DNA of 64,000 nt. It comes from an uncultured Armatimonadetes bacterium. GTDB lineage: Bacteria; Armatimonadota; UBA5829; DTJY01. Under the pieces are notes generated by a model. That model searched no databases. It was not told the origin of the DNA and saw only the letters and a list, made by a program, of their open reading frames with translations. Shown here in pieces: positions 39,383 through 49,426 of this stretch. The stretch's first letter is position 1. The number at the start of each line of letters is the position of its first letter. The stretch is taken from the NCBI GenBank assembly GCA_963717145.1, contig OY970325.1, positions 1,184,001-1,248,000 of the forward strand, written 5' to 3'. The position numbers were made by a program, and so were the translations under genes.

Positions 39383-40678
39383 CTAAGCGTACTTCTCCTG
39401 AACCTTCTTCGCAATCGCACAACACCTGCGGGCCAGGTCCGAGATGCTCTCCTTCTCGTGGCCGCGGATGTACGTCGTGAGCGTGTCGCCGAACGGTCCG
39501 ACCCACTTCTTCGGGAGCTTCTTCGCCCCGAGGATCGCGCCGACGATGGAGCCGGCGGTCGCCCCGGTGCAGTCCGTGTCCACGCCGCCCATGACTGTGT
39601 ACGCGATCGTCTTCTCGAAGTTGCCCTCGCCGTAGTGGAGTCCCGCGACCGTGAGCGCCGCGTTGTTGAGAGTATGCGCGCCACTCATCCCGGCGTACTT
39701 CTTCTCGATGCGCGTCACGGTGGCCTCCCAGTCGCCGTCCTGCCTGCACCATCGAAGCGTCTCCTTGACGGTTTCGGTCAGGCGGCACTTCGCCGGAATC
39801 TCCGTCAGGCCGATCCTCAGGCACTCGATCGGGTCATTCACGACGAACGCGGCAGCGATCGCGGCGGAGAAGAACATCTCGCCATACGTGCCGTTCATGA
39901 TGTGACTGACGCTCGCGTCGCGATACGCGAAGTCGGCGGCAACTTCGGGCAGTCCGGGAGCGGCGTAACCCCACGGATCGCTTCGGATATCCGCGCCGAT
40001 CCACTCCATGAACGGATTGCCCTTGAGCGCGGTCTTCGGCGGCTTCATCCCCTTCTTGAGGTTGTCGAGCGCGACCTTTTCAGCCGTGCATGCCATCGGG
40101 AGCAGCTTCACCCATGCATCGCCGACATCCTGACTGGTGAAATCAATACCGTACGTCTCGAGTATCACCAGGCCGAGCACCGTATACGTCATGTCGTCGT
40201 CCGGCCCGATGTGGTCGATACGCCCTTTGAGGAAGTTCACTATCGGTTCCGAATAGTGGACGGCCCGGTGCGGTACTTCCTTCCAGAAGTCGGATAATGG
40301 ATAGCTTTGTCCAAGTATTCCCGCCCATTCCTGTATCCTTCTCCGCGACCATCCCTCGACCGGAATCCCGAGCACGCATCCCGCGCCTCGACCAAGCCAC
40401 GCTCCGAGCATCTTGTCACAGAGCTGATCATCGGAAAGGTTGTAGGGCAGCGACCTCGGGCCTTTCGGACGCGCAGCCAGAATGTCCTTATAGGGGATCG
40501 GCTCGACATACTTCGGGGTGAATGGCGGCTTGAGGGATTCGAGTCCGTGCGCCAGACTCCTGAGATGCTCGATGACTTCTTTTTCGATATCGGATACATC
40601 GAGGCCCTGCTCTCTTCGCAGGTCCATCCATGCCTTGAAGGCGCCGAACTCGTTGTCCATCTTGGGGAAATATGGCAT
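39383..40678 (-). CDS. ADP-ribosylglycohydrolase family protein
   Basis: GAWLGR.AGC.LG, DDDMTY, IGADIR.D, DTDCTGATAGS; GGAGGAG RBS. Confidence 0.88.
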   Translation of the reverse strand: MPYFPKMDNEFGAFKAWMDLRREQGLDVSDIEKEVIEHLRSLAHGLESLKPPFTPKYVEPIPYKDILAARPKGPRSLPYNLSDDQLCDKMLGAWLGRGAGCVLGIPVEGWSRRRIQEWAGILGQSYPLSDFWKEVPHRAVHYSEPIVNFLKGRIDHIGPDDDMTYTVLGLVILETYGIDFTSQDVGDAWVKLLPMACTAEKVALDNLKKGMKPPKTALKGNPFMEWIGADIRSDPWGYAAPGLPEVAADFAYRDASVSHIMNGTYGEMFFSAAIAAAFVVNDPIECLRIGLTEIPAKCRLTETVKETLRWCRQDGDWEATVTRIEKKYAGMSGAHTLNNAALTVAGLHYGEGNFEKTIAYTVMGGVDTDCTGATAGSIVGAILGAKKLPKKWVGPFGDTLTTYIRGHEKESISDLARRCCAIAKKVQEKYA

Positions 40679-40743
40679 ATCGATTGCTCCTCCGGGATTC
40701 GTTCTTCGAGGGAGTGTTAGGGGAAAGAGGCGGATATCCTCTT

Positions 40744-40835
40744 TGGAGTGCGGAAGCGAGGTCTGACGGAGCTTCCGCTTTGCTTGCACCGCGTACCAAA
40801 GCGGAAGCTCCGTCAGACCTCGCTTCCGCACTCCA
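40744..40835. repeat. REP-like palindrome (GGAGTGCGG variant)
   Basis: 38-bp perfect inverted arms. Confidence 0.88.
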
Positions 40836-41063
40836 TAAGTGAGGGGGACGGCAGCGGTCGGCGCTCAATCGATCGTGCCGTCCCCCCGTGGCGGTGGCCC
40901 ATGCCTCCGCTCGCATATCTTAGACCCCATGACATTCCCTAACCTTCAGGAGGAGTGAGGACTATTCTCCGAGAATACTAAGGCCTGAGCAATCCAGCTA
41001 TGTATCAGACGGAAACTCACGGGACGCCGTTGAGGAATTTTGCGTTTCTATATGAGGAGAAGT

Positions 41064-44000
41064 ATGTCAGGGAAGGACCTGGTTCTTGGTATCGATGTTG
41101 GATCCGTGAGCGTCAATCTCGCTGTTTTGGCGAGAAACGGCGAGATCCTCGACACGACATATGTGAGACACAAGGGAAGGCCGATGCAGGTCACCGCCGA
41201 CGAGGTCGAAAAGATCTTGCATCAGTATGGCGACCGGATAACGGGCTGCGCAGCCACGGGCACGGGCGGTCGGTTGGTCGCCCGAATCTTCAACGGCATA
41301 TTTGTCAACGAGGTCATCGCGCAGGCCTCCGCCGCCGCATACCTCACCCCGGAGATCCGCACCGTCATAGAGATCGGCGGCGAGGACTCGAAGCTGATCT
41401 TCCTCAAGCCTTTGGAGTGCGGTGGCTCGACACCGCTTTCCAAGCTCGCTGACAGCGATATCGAGCGATCGCACTCCGAAAGCGGTGTCGAGCCACCGCA
41501 CTCCAAAGCGATCGCCGACTTCGAGATGAACACCGTCTGCGCGGCCGGCACCGGCTCATTCCTCGACCAGCAGGCGACCCGAATGGGCCTGAGCATCGAG
41601 GAGTTCGGCCAGCTCGCACTGAAGTCCGAGACGCCGCCGCGGGTCGCCGGGCGGTGCAGCGTCTTCGCCAAGAGCGACATGATCCATCTTCAGCAGAAGG
41701 CCACTCCCGTCCACGACATCGTCGCCGGGCTGTGCTTCGCGCTGGCCCGGAACTTCAAGAGCACCGTTGGCGCCGCGAAGCAGTTCGAGACGCCGATCGC
41801 CTTCCAGGGCGGAGTCGCGGCCAACCCGGGCATCGTCCGGGCGATGAAGAGCGTGCTCGGCCTCGAAGACGATGAACTCGTCATCCCGAAGGAGTTCGGC
41901 TGCACCGGCGCAATCGGCGCCGTACTGGTATCGCTGAGAGGAAACCTCCCGCAGCCCGACTTCGCCGCCGTAACCCAACTCAGATGCACTACGAGTCCGG
42001 GCCCTTCAGTGGCCGTGCTCTGCGATGGTTGCACATCCGGACTCCAGGGGGACAAGGAAGAGATTTCAGAGAAACCACTCAAGCTGGACAAGTCCGTCAT
42101 GCCTGCCGACAACTCCTGCGATCCACCCCCGACCGAGCGCATCCCCGCCTATCTCGGCGTCGACGTCGGCTCCATCAGTACCAACGTCGTCGTCATGGAT
42201 GCGCAGAAGCGCGTCCTCTCGAAGCGATACCTTCTGACTGCGAGCCGGCCGATCGAGGCCGTCAACCAGGGACTCAAGGAGGTCGGCGCGGAGGTCGGGC
42301 ATCTCGTCGACATCAGGGGCGCATGCACCACCGGCTCGGGCCGCTACCTCATCGCGGACTTCATCGGCGCGCGATGTCGTCAGGAACGAGATCACCGCTC
42401 AGGCGCGCGGCGCCGTCGAGATCGACCCGGAGGTGGACACCATCTTCGAGATCGGCGGCCAGGACTCCAAGTACATCAGCCTCAACAAGGGCGCGATCGT
42501 CGATTTCGAGATGAACAAGGTCTGCGCCGCCGGCACCGGCTCGTTCCTCGAGGAGCAGGCGGAGAAGCTTGGCATCAGCATCAAGGGCCAGTTCGGCGAC
42601 CTCGCCCTCAGTTCGGATGCGCCGGTAAACCTCGGGCGAGCGCTGCACCGTCTTCATGGAGACGGAGCTGGTCCGCCACCAGCAGGGCGGATCGGCGACT
42701 CGAGGACCTTGTCGCCGGTCTGAGCTACTCCATCGTGCGAAACTACCTCAACCGGGTCGTCGGCACCAAGCCGGTCGGGAACAAGATCTTCTTCCAGGGC
42801 GGAGCGCCGCCAACAAGGGCGTCGTGGCCGCGTTCGAGATGGTGACCGGCAAGCCGATCATCGTCCCGAAGCACCACGAGGTCACCGGCGCGCTCGGCTG
42901 CGCATGCCTCGCGATGGAAGCCGATGCCGGCCAAGGCAGCAGGTTCAAGGGCTTCGACCTCAGCGACCGGCACTATGAGGTCTCCTCCTTCGAGTGCAAG
43001 GACTGCTCGAACCACTGCGAGATCAACCGGGTCATCGTCGAGGGCGAGAAGCCGCTCTTCTACGGCAGCCGCTGCGAGAAGTACGACGTGGACCGCCGTG
43101 CGAAGGAGAACGCCGCTCTTCCCGGACCACTTCGCCGAGCGCGAGGAGATGCTGCTCGGCGCCATACGCCCCGTCGGAAGCCGCATCGCCGCGGACGCGC
43201 CCGCGCATCGGCATCCCGCGGGCGCTGCTCTTCTACGAGCTTTACCCGTTCTGGCAGGCCTTCTTCACGGAGCTCGGCTGCGAGGTCGTCGTCTCGGACG
43301 CGACCACCAAGGCGATCATCCACAACGGCGCCGAGCGCTCGGTCTCGGAGACCTGCTTCCCGATGAAGGTCGCGCTCGGACACGTGCTCAACCTGCTGGA
43401 CAAGGAGATCGACTTCATCTTCCTCCCGAGCGTCATCAACATGTCGAAGCCCGACGAGCGCATGACCGACAGCTTCGTCTGCCCGTACGTGCAGAGCCTC
43501 GTCTACACGATCAAGTCTTCCATCGACTTCAATGCGGCCAGGGTGAAGGTGCTCCAGCCGGTGATCTATCTCCAGTTCGGCCGGAAGCACCGAATCAAGG
43601 CGCTCGAGGAGGTCGGAAAGGCCGTCGGACGGTCACGCAAGCGATGTGGCGCGCGCAGTCGAGGCCGCCGAGGCGCATCTGGAGCGCTTCCAGGAGAAGC
43701 TCATGGCGCGCGGTCGGGAGCTGCTTGCCGATGTCGGGCCCGACGAAAAGGCGATCGTCGTCATCAGCCGCGCCTACAATACGTGCGATCCCGGCGCGAA
43801 CCTGGAGATCCCCCACAAGCTCCGCAAGATGGGCGTGCGATGCATCCCGATGGACTTCCTGCCGCTCGATTCCGTCCGCCTGCCCGAGGACTGGACGAAC
43901 ATGTACTGGCGCTACGGCCAGAAGATCCTCTCCGCCGGCGAGATCGTCGCCGACGACCCGCGGCTCTTCCCGCTCTACCTGACCAACTTCGGCTGCGGCC

Positions 44001-45390
44001 CGGACTCGTTCGTCCACAAGTTCTTCCGCGAGCGACTCGGGATCAAGCCCTGCCTGGTGATCGAGGTCGACGAGCACAGCGCCGACGCCGGGATGATCAC
44101 CCGTTGCGAGGCCTTCCTGGACAGCCTCGAACACGCAAGTCGAGAAGGCCACCGGCGCGAGGCATTTCCGCCAGGTCGCCATCGATCATGGGACACATCG
44201 GACCGTCCTGATCCCGAACATGAGCGCCCACGCCTATGCCCTCGCCGCCGCCTTCGAGTCCTGCGGCATGAAGGCCGAGGTGCTCCCGACCTCGGACGAG
44301 GAGACCCTGGACTGGGGCCGCCAGTACACGACGGGCAAGGAGTGCTTCCCCTGCATCGTCACGACCGGCGACATGGTGAAGTTCACGAAGCGCCCGGACT
44401 TCGATCGCGACAAGTACGCCTTCTTCATGGGCGGATCGGGCGGGCCGTGCCGCTTCGGGCAATACAACGCCCTCCAGCGCATGGTTCTCGATGAACTGGG
44501 CTACCCCGACGTGCCCATCTATGCGCCGAACCAGGCGTCGAGCTTCTACAACGACATCGGCATCGTGGGCCGCAAGCTCCTGGAGCAGGGCTGGCAGGGA
44601 ATCGTCGCCATCGACATGCTGGAGAAAGGCCTCCGCGAGACGCGACCCTACGAGCTTGTGAAGGGCTCGACGGAGGATGCCTTCGAGCAGGGCGTCAGGA
44701 TCGTAAGCGATGCTATCGCGGGTGATTCCGATCTAGTCCCCGCGCTGAGGGAGTGCCGCAAGGTATTCGAGACAGTGCAGGTCGATCGTAGCGTTCAGCG
44801 GCCGATCATCGGCCTCGTCGGCGAGTTCTACGTCCGCGCCAACGCATTCAGCAACCAGGACGTCGTCCGCAAGATCGAGGAACTCGGCGGCGAGGTATGG
44901 GGCGCTCCGCTCCTGGAGTGGTTCCTCTATCGCAACGTCCGCCGCGCAAATGCGGGCGCGGCTCGCCGGCGACCTGAAGCTCTGGGTCAAGAATCGGGTC
45001 ATGGACTTGTTCATGAAGAAGCACGAGCACGATTTCGCTCACGTCTTCGACGGGTACCTGCGCAACTGCCACGAGCCGTCGAGCAACGAGGTTCTCGAGA
45101 TGGCCGAGCCGTATGTCCATCGGAGCTTCGAGGGCGAGGCGATCATGACTGTCGGCAAGGCGGTGGACTTCGTGAACAAGGGCCTCGCGGGGGTCGTCGC
45201 GGTGATGCCGTTCACCTGCATGCCGGGGACGATCTCGAATGCGCTCCTGAAGCGGGTCCGCGAGGAGATGGGCGAGTTCCCGTTCCTGAACATGGTCTAC
45301 GACGGCGTCGAGCAGGCCACGAGTCAGACGCGCATCGAGGCCTTCATGCACCAGGCGAAGGAGTACGCGAAGCGGCGCTCCAGCTCGTAG
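41064..45390 (+). CDS. 2-hydroxyacyl-CoA dehydratase activase-type multidomain protein (two ASKHA ATPase domains + DUF2229-like region); multiple frameshifts
   Basis: Two GIDVGS...EIGGxDSK...CAAGTGSFL domains; later ETCFPMK, NFGCGPD, ECFPC, GPCRFGQY, PFTCMP across 5-6 ORF fragments. Confidence 0.88.
41410..41508. repeat. REP-like palindrome inserted in frame within the activase gene
   Basis: 31-bp perfect arms CTTTGGAGTGCGGTGGCTCGACACCGCTTTC, 99 bp in total. Confidence 0.92.
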
Positions 45391-45456
45391 CTCGTTCAAC
45401 GGAATAAGGGCCGCCGTCGAGTTCGGCCTGTAGAGTTCTCCCCCTCTGCCGGAGAC

Positions 45457-45657
45457 CTAAGCGTCGGGTGCGGAGGGATGAAGGGCTCGTCTGTTTGTAC
45501 GGCCCTCGATGATCATGCCGCTAAGGTCCCGTGGGGACTTCGCGAGGATTCGGCGGGCTTCATCCACTGATACCGCATTGATTGCCAGTTCTGACCACTC
45601 CAGAGTGGGAAGAGCAACCTGTCCAGCTATGCTTTTCTTTCTAGTTGAGCCCATCAC
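45457..45657 (-). CDS. small hypothetical protein, weakly antitoxin-like
   Basis: VSVDEARRILAKSPRDLSGMIIEGR resembles small antitoxin C-termini. Confidence 0.3.
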   Translation of the reverse strand: MMGSTRKKSIAGQVALPTLEWSELAINAVSVDEARRILAKSPRDLSGMIIEGRTNRRALHPSAPDA

Positions 45658-45684
45658 TAATCACCAGTTCGCAATCCATACGGC

Positions 45685-45708
45685 AAAAAGCCCGCCGGAG
45701 CGGGCTTT
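45685..45708 (-). terminator. intrinsic terminator after tRNA-Met
   Basis: AAAGCCCGC TCCG GCGGGCTTTTT on the minus strand. Confidence 0.85.
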
Positions 45709-45715
45709 CGTGAGA

Positions 45716-45792
45716 TGGTAGCGGAGGGCGGACTCGAACCGTCGACGCCACGGGTATGAGCCGTGTGCTCTAACCAACTGAGCTACTCCGCC
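45716..45792 (-). tRNA. tRNA-Met(CAT), elongator type
   Basis: GGCGGAGTAGCTCAGTTGGTTAGAGC-ACACGG-CTCATAC-CCGTG...GGTTCGAGTCC...CTCCGCTACCA; lacks initiator features. Confidence 0.95.
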
Positions 45793-45804
45793 ATGACCAT
45801 TGTT

Positions 45805-45834
45805 ATTCTACCATCAAGGCGGGCCGTTCGTCAA
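45805..45834 (-). promoter_or_regulatory. tRNA promoter TTGACG-18-TAGAAT
   Basis: -35 at 45829..45834; -10 about 12 bp upstream of the mature tRNA. Confidence 0.75.
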
Positions 45835-45839
45835 CACTT

Positions 45840-47201
45840 CGAATTGCTTCACGAACGATGTTACCGAAACGGAAACGTTGCCTCAGATAAGAATGTTACC
45901 GAAACTGAGGCATGGAGAAGATGACAACTGCATCCGTAAGAGAAGTCGTGAGGCGCAAACGCAAAGAATATGGCAAAGCCACCAAATCGGAGAAGAAGCT
46001 GGTATTGAGTGAAGTCCAGGGATTGACCGGTTACCACAGGAAGTCGCTGGTGAGGCTGTTCGCGAAAGGAGTTCCACCAGCGAGGAGTCCAGTGAGACGC
46101 GCAAGGAAGTCGAAATACGAGCCGATAGCCCACAAGCTGAAGACACTCTGGGCTGCGAGTTTCTACGCGTGCGGTAAGCGTCTGCAGCCGTTTCTGACTG
46201 AGTTTCTACCCATACTGGAGTCATTCGGGGAGATAACGGTTACACCAGAAGAAGAGAGGCTGCTTAACTCGATCAGCGCGTCGAGCATCGACAGGTTGAT
46301 GAAGAAGGAGCGGTCTGCCCTATCGCTAACAGGGAGGACCTTAACAAAGCCGGGGACACTGCTTCGGTCTCAGATCCCGGTGAGGACGTTTGCCGACTGG
46401 GATGAAGCTGAGCCTGGGTTCTTCGAGATGGACTTGGTGGGTCATTGCGGAGGTGACGGGAGCGGAGAGTTCCTGTATACTTTGACTATGACTGATGTAG
46501 CGACCGGATGGGTAGCGCTTGATGGAATGAAAGGCCGAGGGGAGCACGGAACCGTGCTTGCGGTGCAGTCCGCGTCCAAGAGCGCACCGTTTGCAGTCAG
46601 AGGCATAGATACCGACAACGGCGGCGAGTTCATCAACCATCACATGAACAAGTACTGTCGAGCGCACAGGATCACGTTTACGCGCAGTCGGCCTTACAAG
46701 AAGAACGATCAATGTCATGTAGAGCAGAAGAACTGGAGCGTAGTCCGGCAGTTTATAGGTTACCGGCGATTCGAGACGGACGAGCAGCTTGCGGTACTAA
46801 AGGCGATATATCCGCTGATCGTGGCGTATCACAACTTCTGTCAGCCCATGATGCGTCTTAAAGAAAAGGAGCGGATTGGGAGTAAAGTGATCAAACGCTA
46901 TGAGCCTGCGATGACGCCGTACCGCAAGCTGATAAGTGTTGAAGGATGGCTTGACGATGAAGCAAAGGATCGCCTCGATAAAGAACGTAGAGCGACGAAC
47001 CCGGTGGAGCTACTAAGACGCATCCACAGGCTATCATCAAAGCTTGACAGGATGCCGAACAAAGACAGATCGAAAGCGAGCAAGGCGCGGCCCTGAGCGG
47101 CGATCAAGAGCCGATCTGACATACTTGAACACACTACTTGGTAACATTATCAATGACGCAACGAATGGCGTTTCGGTAACAAAGTTAAATGAGGCAACAC
47201 G
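45840..47201 (+). mobile_element. DDE integrase-type IS (ISNCY/IS481-like), copy 1, 1362 bp
   Basis: Imperfect terminal IRs CGAATTGCTTCA / CGTGTTGCCTCA with internal TGTTACCGAA repeats; flanked by the 5-bp direct repeat CACTT. Confidence 0.9.
45912..47096 (+). CDS. DDE (rve-type) transposase
   Basis: EMDLVGHCG, IDTDNGGEFIN, FTRSRPYKKNDQCHVEQKN. Confidence 0.92.
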   Translation: MEKMTTASVREVVRRKRKEYGKATKSEKKLVLSEVQGLTGYHRKSLVRLFAKGVPPARSPVRRARKSKYEPIAHKLKTLWAASFYACGKRLQPFLTEFLPILESFGEITVTPEEERLLNSISASSIDRLMKKERSALSLTGRTLTKPGTLLRSQIPVRTFADWDEAEPGFFEMDLVGHCGGDGSGEFLYTLTMTDVATGWVALDGMKGRGEHGTVLAVQSASKSAPFAVRGIDTDNGGEFINHHMNKYCRAHRITFTRSRPYKKNDQCHVEQKNWSVVRQFIGYRRFETDEQLAVLKAIYPLIVAYHNFCQPMMRLKEKERIGSKVIKRYEPAMTPYRKLISVEGWLDDEAKDRLDKERRATNPVELLRRIHRLSSKLDRMPNKDRSKASKARP

Positions 47202-47207
47202 CACTTG

Positions 47208-47744
47208 TCAGTCAAACGACCCCGTCGGAACGTCTCGGAAGATCGGCAGGTACGTCCGCCAAGTCTCATTCCGAGCGCCATCGAGATACTTAGTCAGGCT
47301 GATGAACGGAACATATCTCGGCTTTCGAGGCTGCTTCATCAGGTGCATGTTGACTTTGTCGAGCGTCTTGTCGCCCTTCTTCGAGTTGCACTTCTTGCAG
47401 CAGCAGACAAGGTTCTCCCAGGTGGACGTTCCACCCAGCCGCTTCGGGGTCACATGGTCGATCGTCAGCTCCCTGGCCTGAAAGCCGCAGTACTGGCACA
47501 TATAGTTGTCACGCGCGAACACGCTCCGTCTGGAGAGACGAAGCTCCGGCAGGGGCCGCTTGACGTGATGCCTCAGCTTCACGACCGATGGCGGGTCGAT
47601 CGCACCGTCGAGCATGTGTATCACACCGTCGTTTGTGTGCAAGACCTCGGCCTTGCCCAGGAAGACCAGGACAATCGCTCGGCGGAGATTGCACACATTG
47701 AGCGGCTCGTAATCGTTATTCAGCACAAGTACCTCTTGGCTCAT
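47208..47744 (-). CDS. HNH endonuclease (McrA/COG1403-like)
   Basis: VLVLNNDYEPL, RD...CQYCG, LTIDHVTP...GG...WENLV.CC..CN..KG; GAGAGGAG RBS. Confidence 0.95.
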   Translation of the reverse strand: MSQEVLVLNNDYEPLNVCNLRRAIVLVFLGKAEVLHTNDGVIHMLDGAIDPPSVVKLRHHVKRPLPELRLSRRSVFARDNYMCQYCGFQARELTIDHVTPKRLGGTSTWENLVCCCKKCNSKKGDKTLDKVNMHLMKQPRKPRYVPFISLTKYLDGARNETWRTYLPIFRDVPTGSFD

Positions 47745-47789
47745 ATCAGATACCCGGTTCTCCTCTCTACGGCAATTCCAGGAACCGCT

Positions 47790-47825
47790 AACAAAAAACC
47801 CGCTATGCCATATGGCACAAGCGGG
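47790..47825 (-). terminator. intrinsic terminator in the HNH gene leader
   Basis: mRNA CCCGCT-TGTGCCATATGGCAT-AGCGGG followed by TTTTTTGTT. Confidence 0.8.
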
Positions 47826-48030
47826 CTACGAACACACCAATACATTTGACGGTTGACGGAATCGGAACACACCATCCTCGGTCAGTCGTAGCCGATTAGC
47901 GCTCAAGCCGTCGAGACAGTCGGCGGCCGGACAATCCGGCGCCATCTCGGCTTTGCGACTGGTCAGCGTATCGTACAGGTCGACAACTCTGCGCACGGGG
48001 GGCGACTCCCATCAACATTTCTTCTTTCGT

Positions 48031-48059
48031 ATTATACCAAGATTCTCGCGACTAGTCAA
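48031..48059 (-). promoter_or_regulatory. near-consensus sigma70 promoter TTGACT-17-TATAAT with TG extension
   Basis: Minus strand TTGACT AGTCGCGAGAATCTTGG TATAAT. Confidence 0.85.
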
Positions 48060-48064
48060 CGCGC

Positions 48065-49426
48065 CGAATTGCTTCACGAACGATGTTACCGAAACGGAAA
48101 CGTTGCCTCAGATAAGAATGTTACCGAAACTGAGGCATGGAGAAGATGACAACTGCATCCGTAAGAGAAGTCGTGAGGCGCAAACGCAAAGAATATGGCA
48201 AAGCCACCAAATCGGAGAAGAAGCTGGTATTGAGTGAAGTCCAGGGATTGACCGGTTACCACAGGAAGTCGCTGGTGAGGCTGTTCGCGAAAGGAGTTCC
48301 ACCAGCGAGGAGTCCAGTGAGACGCGCAAGGAAGTCGAAATACGAGCCGATAGCCCACAAGCTGAAGACACTCTGGGCTGCGAGTTTCTACGCGTGCGGT
48401 AAGCGTCTGCAGCCGTTTCTGACTGAGTTTCTACCCATACTGGAGTCATTCGGGGAGATAACGGTTACACCAGAAGAAGAGAGGCTGCTTAACTCGATCA
48501 GCGCGTCGAGCATCGACAGGTTGATGAAGAAGGAGCGGTCTGCCCTATCGCTAACAGGGAGGACCTTAACAAAGCCGGGGACACTGCTTCGGTCTCAGAT
48601 CCCGGTGAGGACGTTTGCCGACTGGGATGAAGCTGAGCCTGGGTTCTTCGAGATGGACTTGGTGGGTCATTGCGGAGGTGACGGGAGCGGAGAGTTCCTG
48701 TATACTTTGACTATGACTGATGTAGCGACCGGATGGGTAGCGCTTGATGGAATGAAAGGCCGAGGGGAGCACGGAACCGTGCTTGCGGTGCAGTCCGCGT
48801 CCAAGAGCGCACCGTTTGCAGTCAGAGGCATAGATACCGACAACGGCGGCGAGTTCATCAACCATCACATGAACAAGTACTGTCGAGCGCACAGGATCAC
48901 GTTTACGCGCAGTCGGCCTTACAAGAAGAACGATCAATGTCATGTAGAGCAGAAGAACTGGAGCGTAGTCCGGCAGTTTATAGGTTACCGGCGATTCGAG
49001 ACGGACGAGCAGCTTGCGGTACTAAAGGCGATATATCCGCTGATCGTGGCGTATCACAACTTCTGTCAGCCCATGATGCGTCTTAAAGAAAAGGAGCGGA
49101 TTGGGAGTAAAGTGATCAAACGCTATGAGCCTGCGATGACGCCGTACCGCAAGCTGATAAGTGTTGAAGGATGGCTTGACGATGAAGCAAAGGATCGCCT
49201 CGATAAAGAACGTAGAGCGACGAACCCGGTGGAGCTACTAAGACGCATCCACAGGCTATCATCAAAGCTTGACAGGATGCCGAATAAAGACAGATCGAAA
49301 GCGAGCAAGGCGCGGCCCTGAGCGGCGATCAAGAGCCGATCTGACATACTTGAACACACTACTTGGTAACATTATCAATGACGCAACGAATGGCGTTTCG
49401 GTAACAAAGTTAAATGAGGCAACACG
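48065..49426 (+). mobile_element. DDE integrase-type IS, copy 2 (direct orientation, offset 2225 bp)
   Basis: Same ends and identical protein as copy 1; one synonymous AAC/AAT difference seen; no matching 5-bp flanking repeat. Confidence 0.9.
48137..49321 (+). CDS. DDE (rve-type) transposase
   Basis: Protein identical to 45912..47096. Confidence 0.92.
   Translation: MEKMTTASVREVVRRKRKEYGKATKSEKKLVLSEVQGLTGYHRKSLVRLFAKGVPPARSPVRRARKSKYEPIAHKLKTLWAASFYACGKRLQPFLTEFLPILESFGEITVTPEEERLLNSISASSIDRLMKKERSALSLTGRTLTKPGTLLRSQIPVRTFADWDEAEPGFFEMDLVGHCGGDGSGEFLYTLTMTDVATGWVALDGMKGRGEHGTVLAVQSASKSAPFAVRGIDTDNGGEFINHHMNKYCRAHRITFTRSRPYKKNDQCHVEQKNWSVVRQFIGYRRFETDEQLAVLKAIYPLIVAYHNFCQPMMRLKEKERIGSKVIKRYEPAMTPYRKLISVEGWLDDEAKDRLDKERRATNPVELLRRIHRLSSKLDRMPNKDRSKASKARP

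Noticed and set aside
42370-44950. Activase split into 5-6 separate genes
   Set aside because: Motifs continue directly across frames; most likely sequencing indels
45716-45792. tRNA-Met as an integration site of a prophage or island
   Set aside because: No tyrosine or serine integrase, and no duplicated tRNA 3' end noticed in the window
47208-47744. HNH protein as IscB/Cas9-like with a HEARO or omega RNA
   Set aside because: Only 178 aa, with no RuvC motifs, PLMP domain or bridge helix; the leader RNA is reported separately as unknown
47850-48016. HNH leader as 6S RNA, T-box or c-di-GMP riboswitch
   Set aside because: Lacks the symmetric 6S central bubble, the T-box UGGnACC motif and the GGCAAAC/GAAA P2 of c-di-GMP-I
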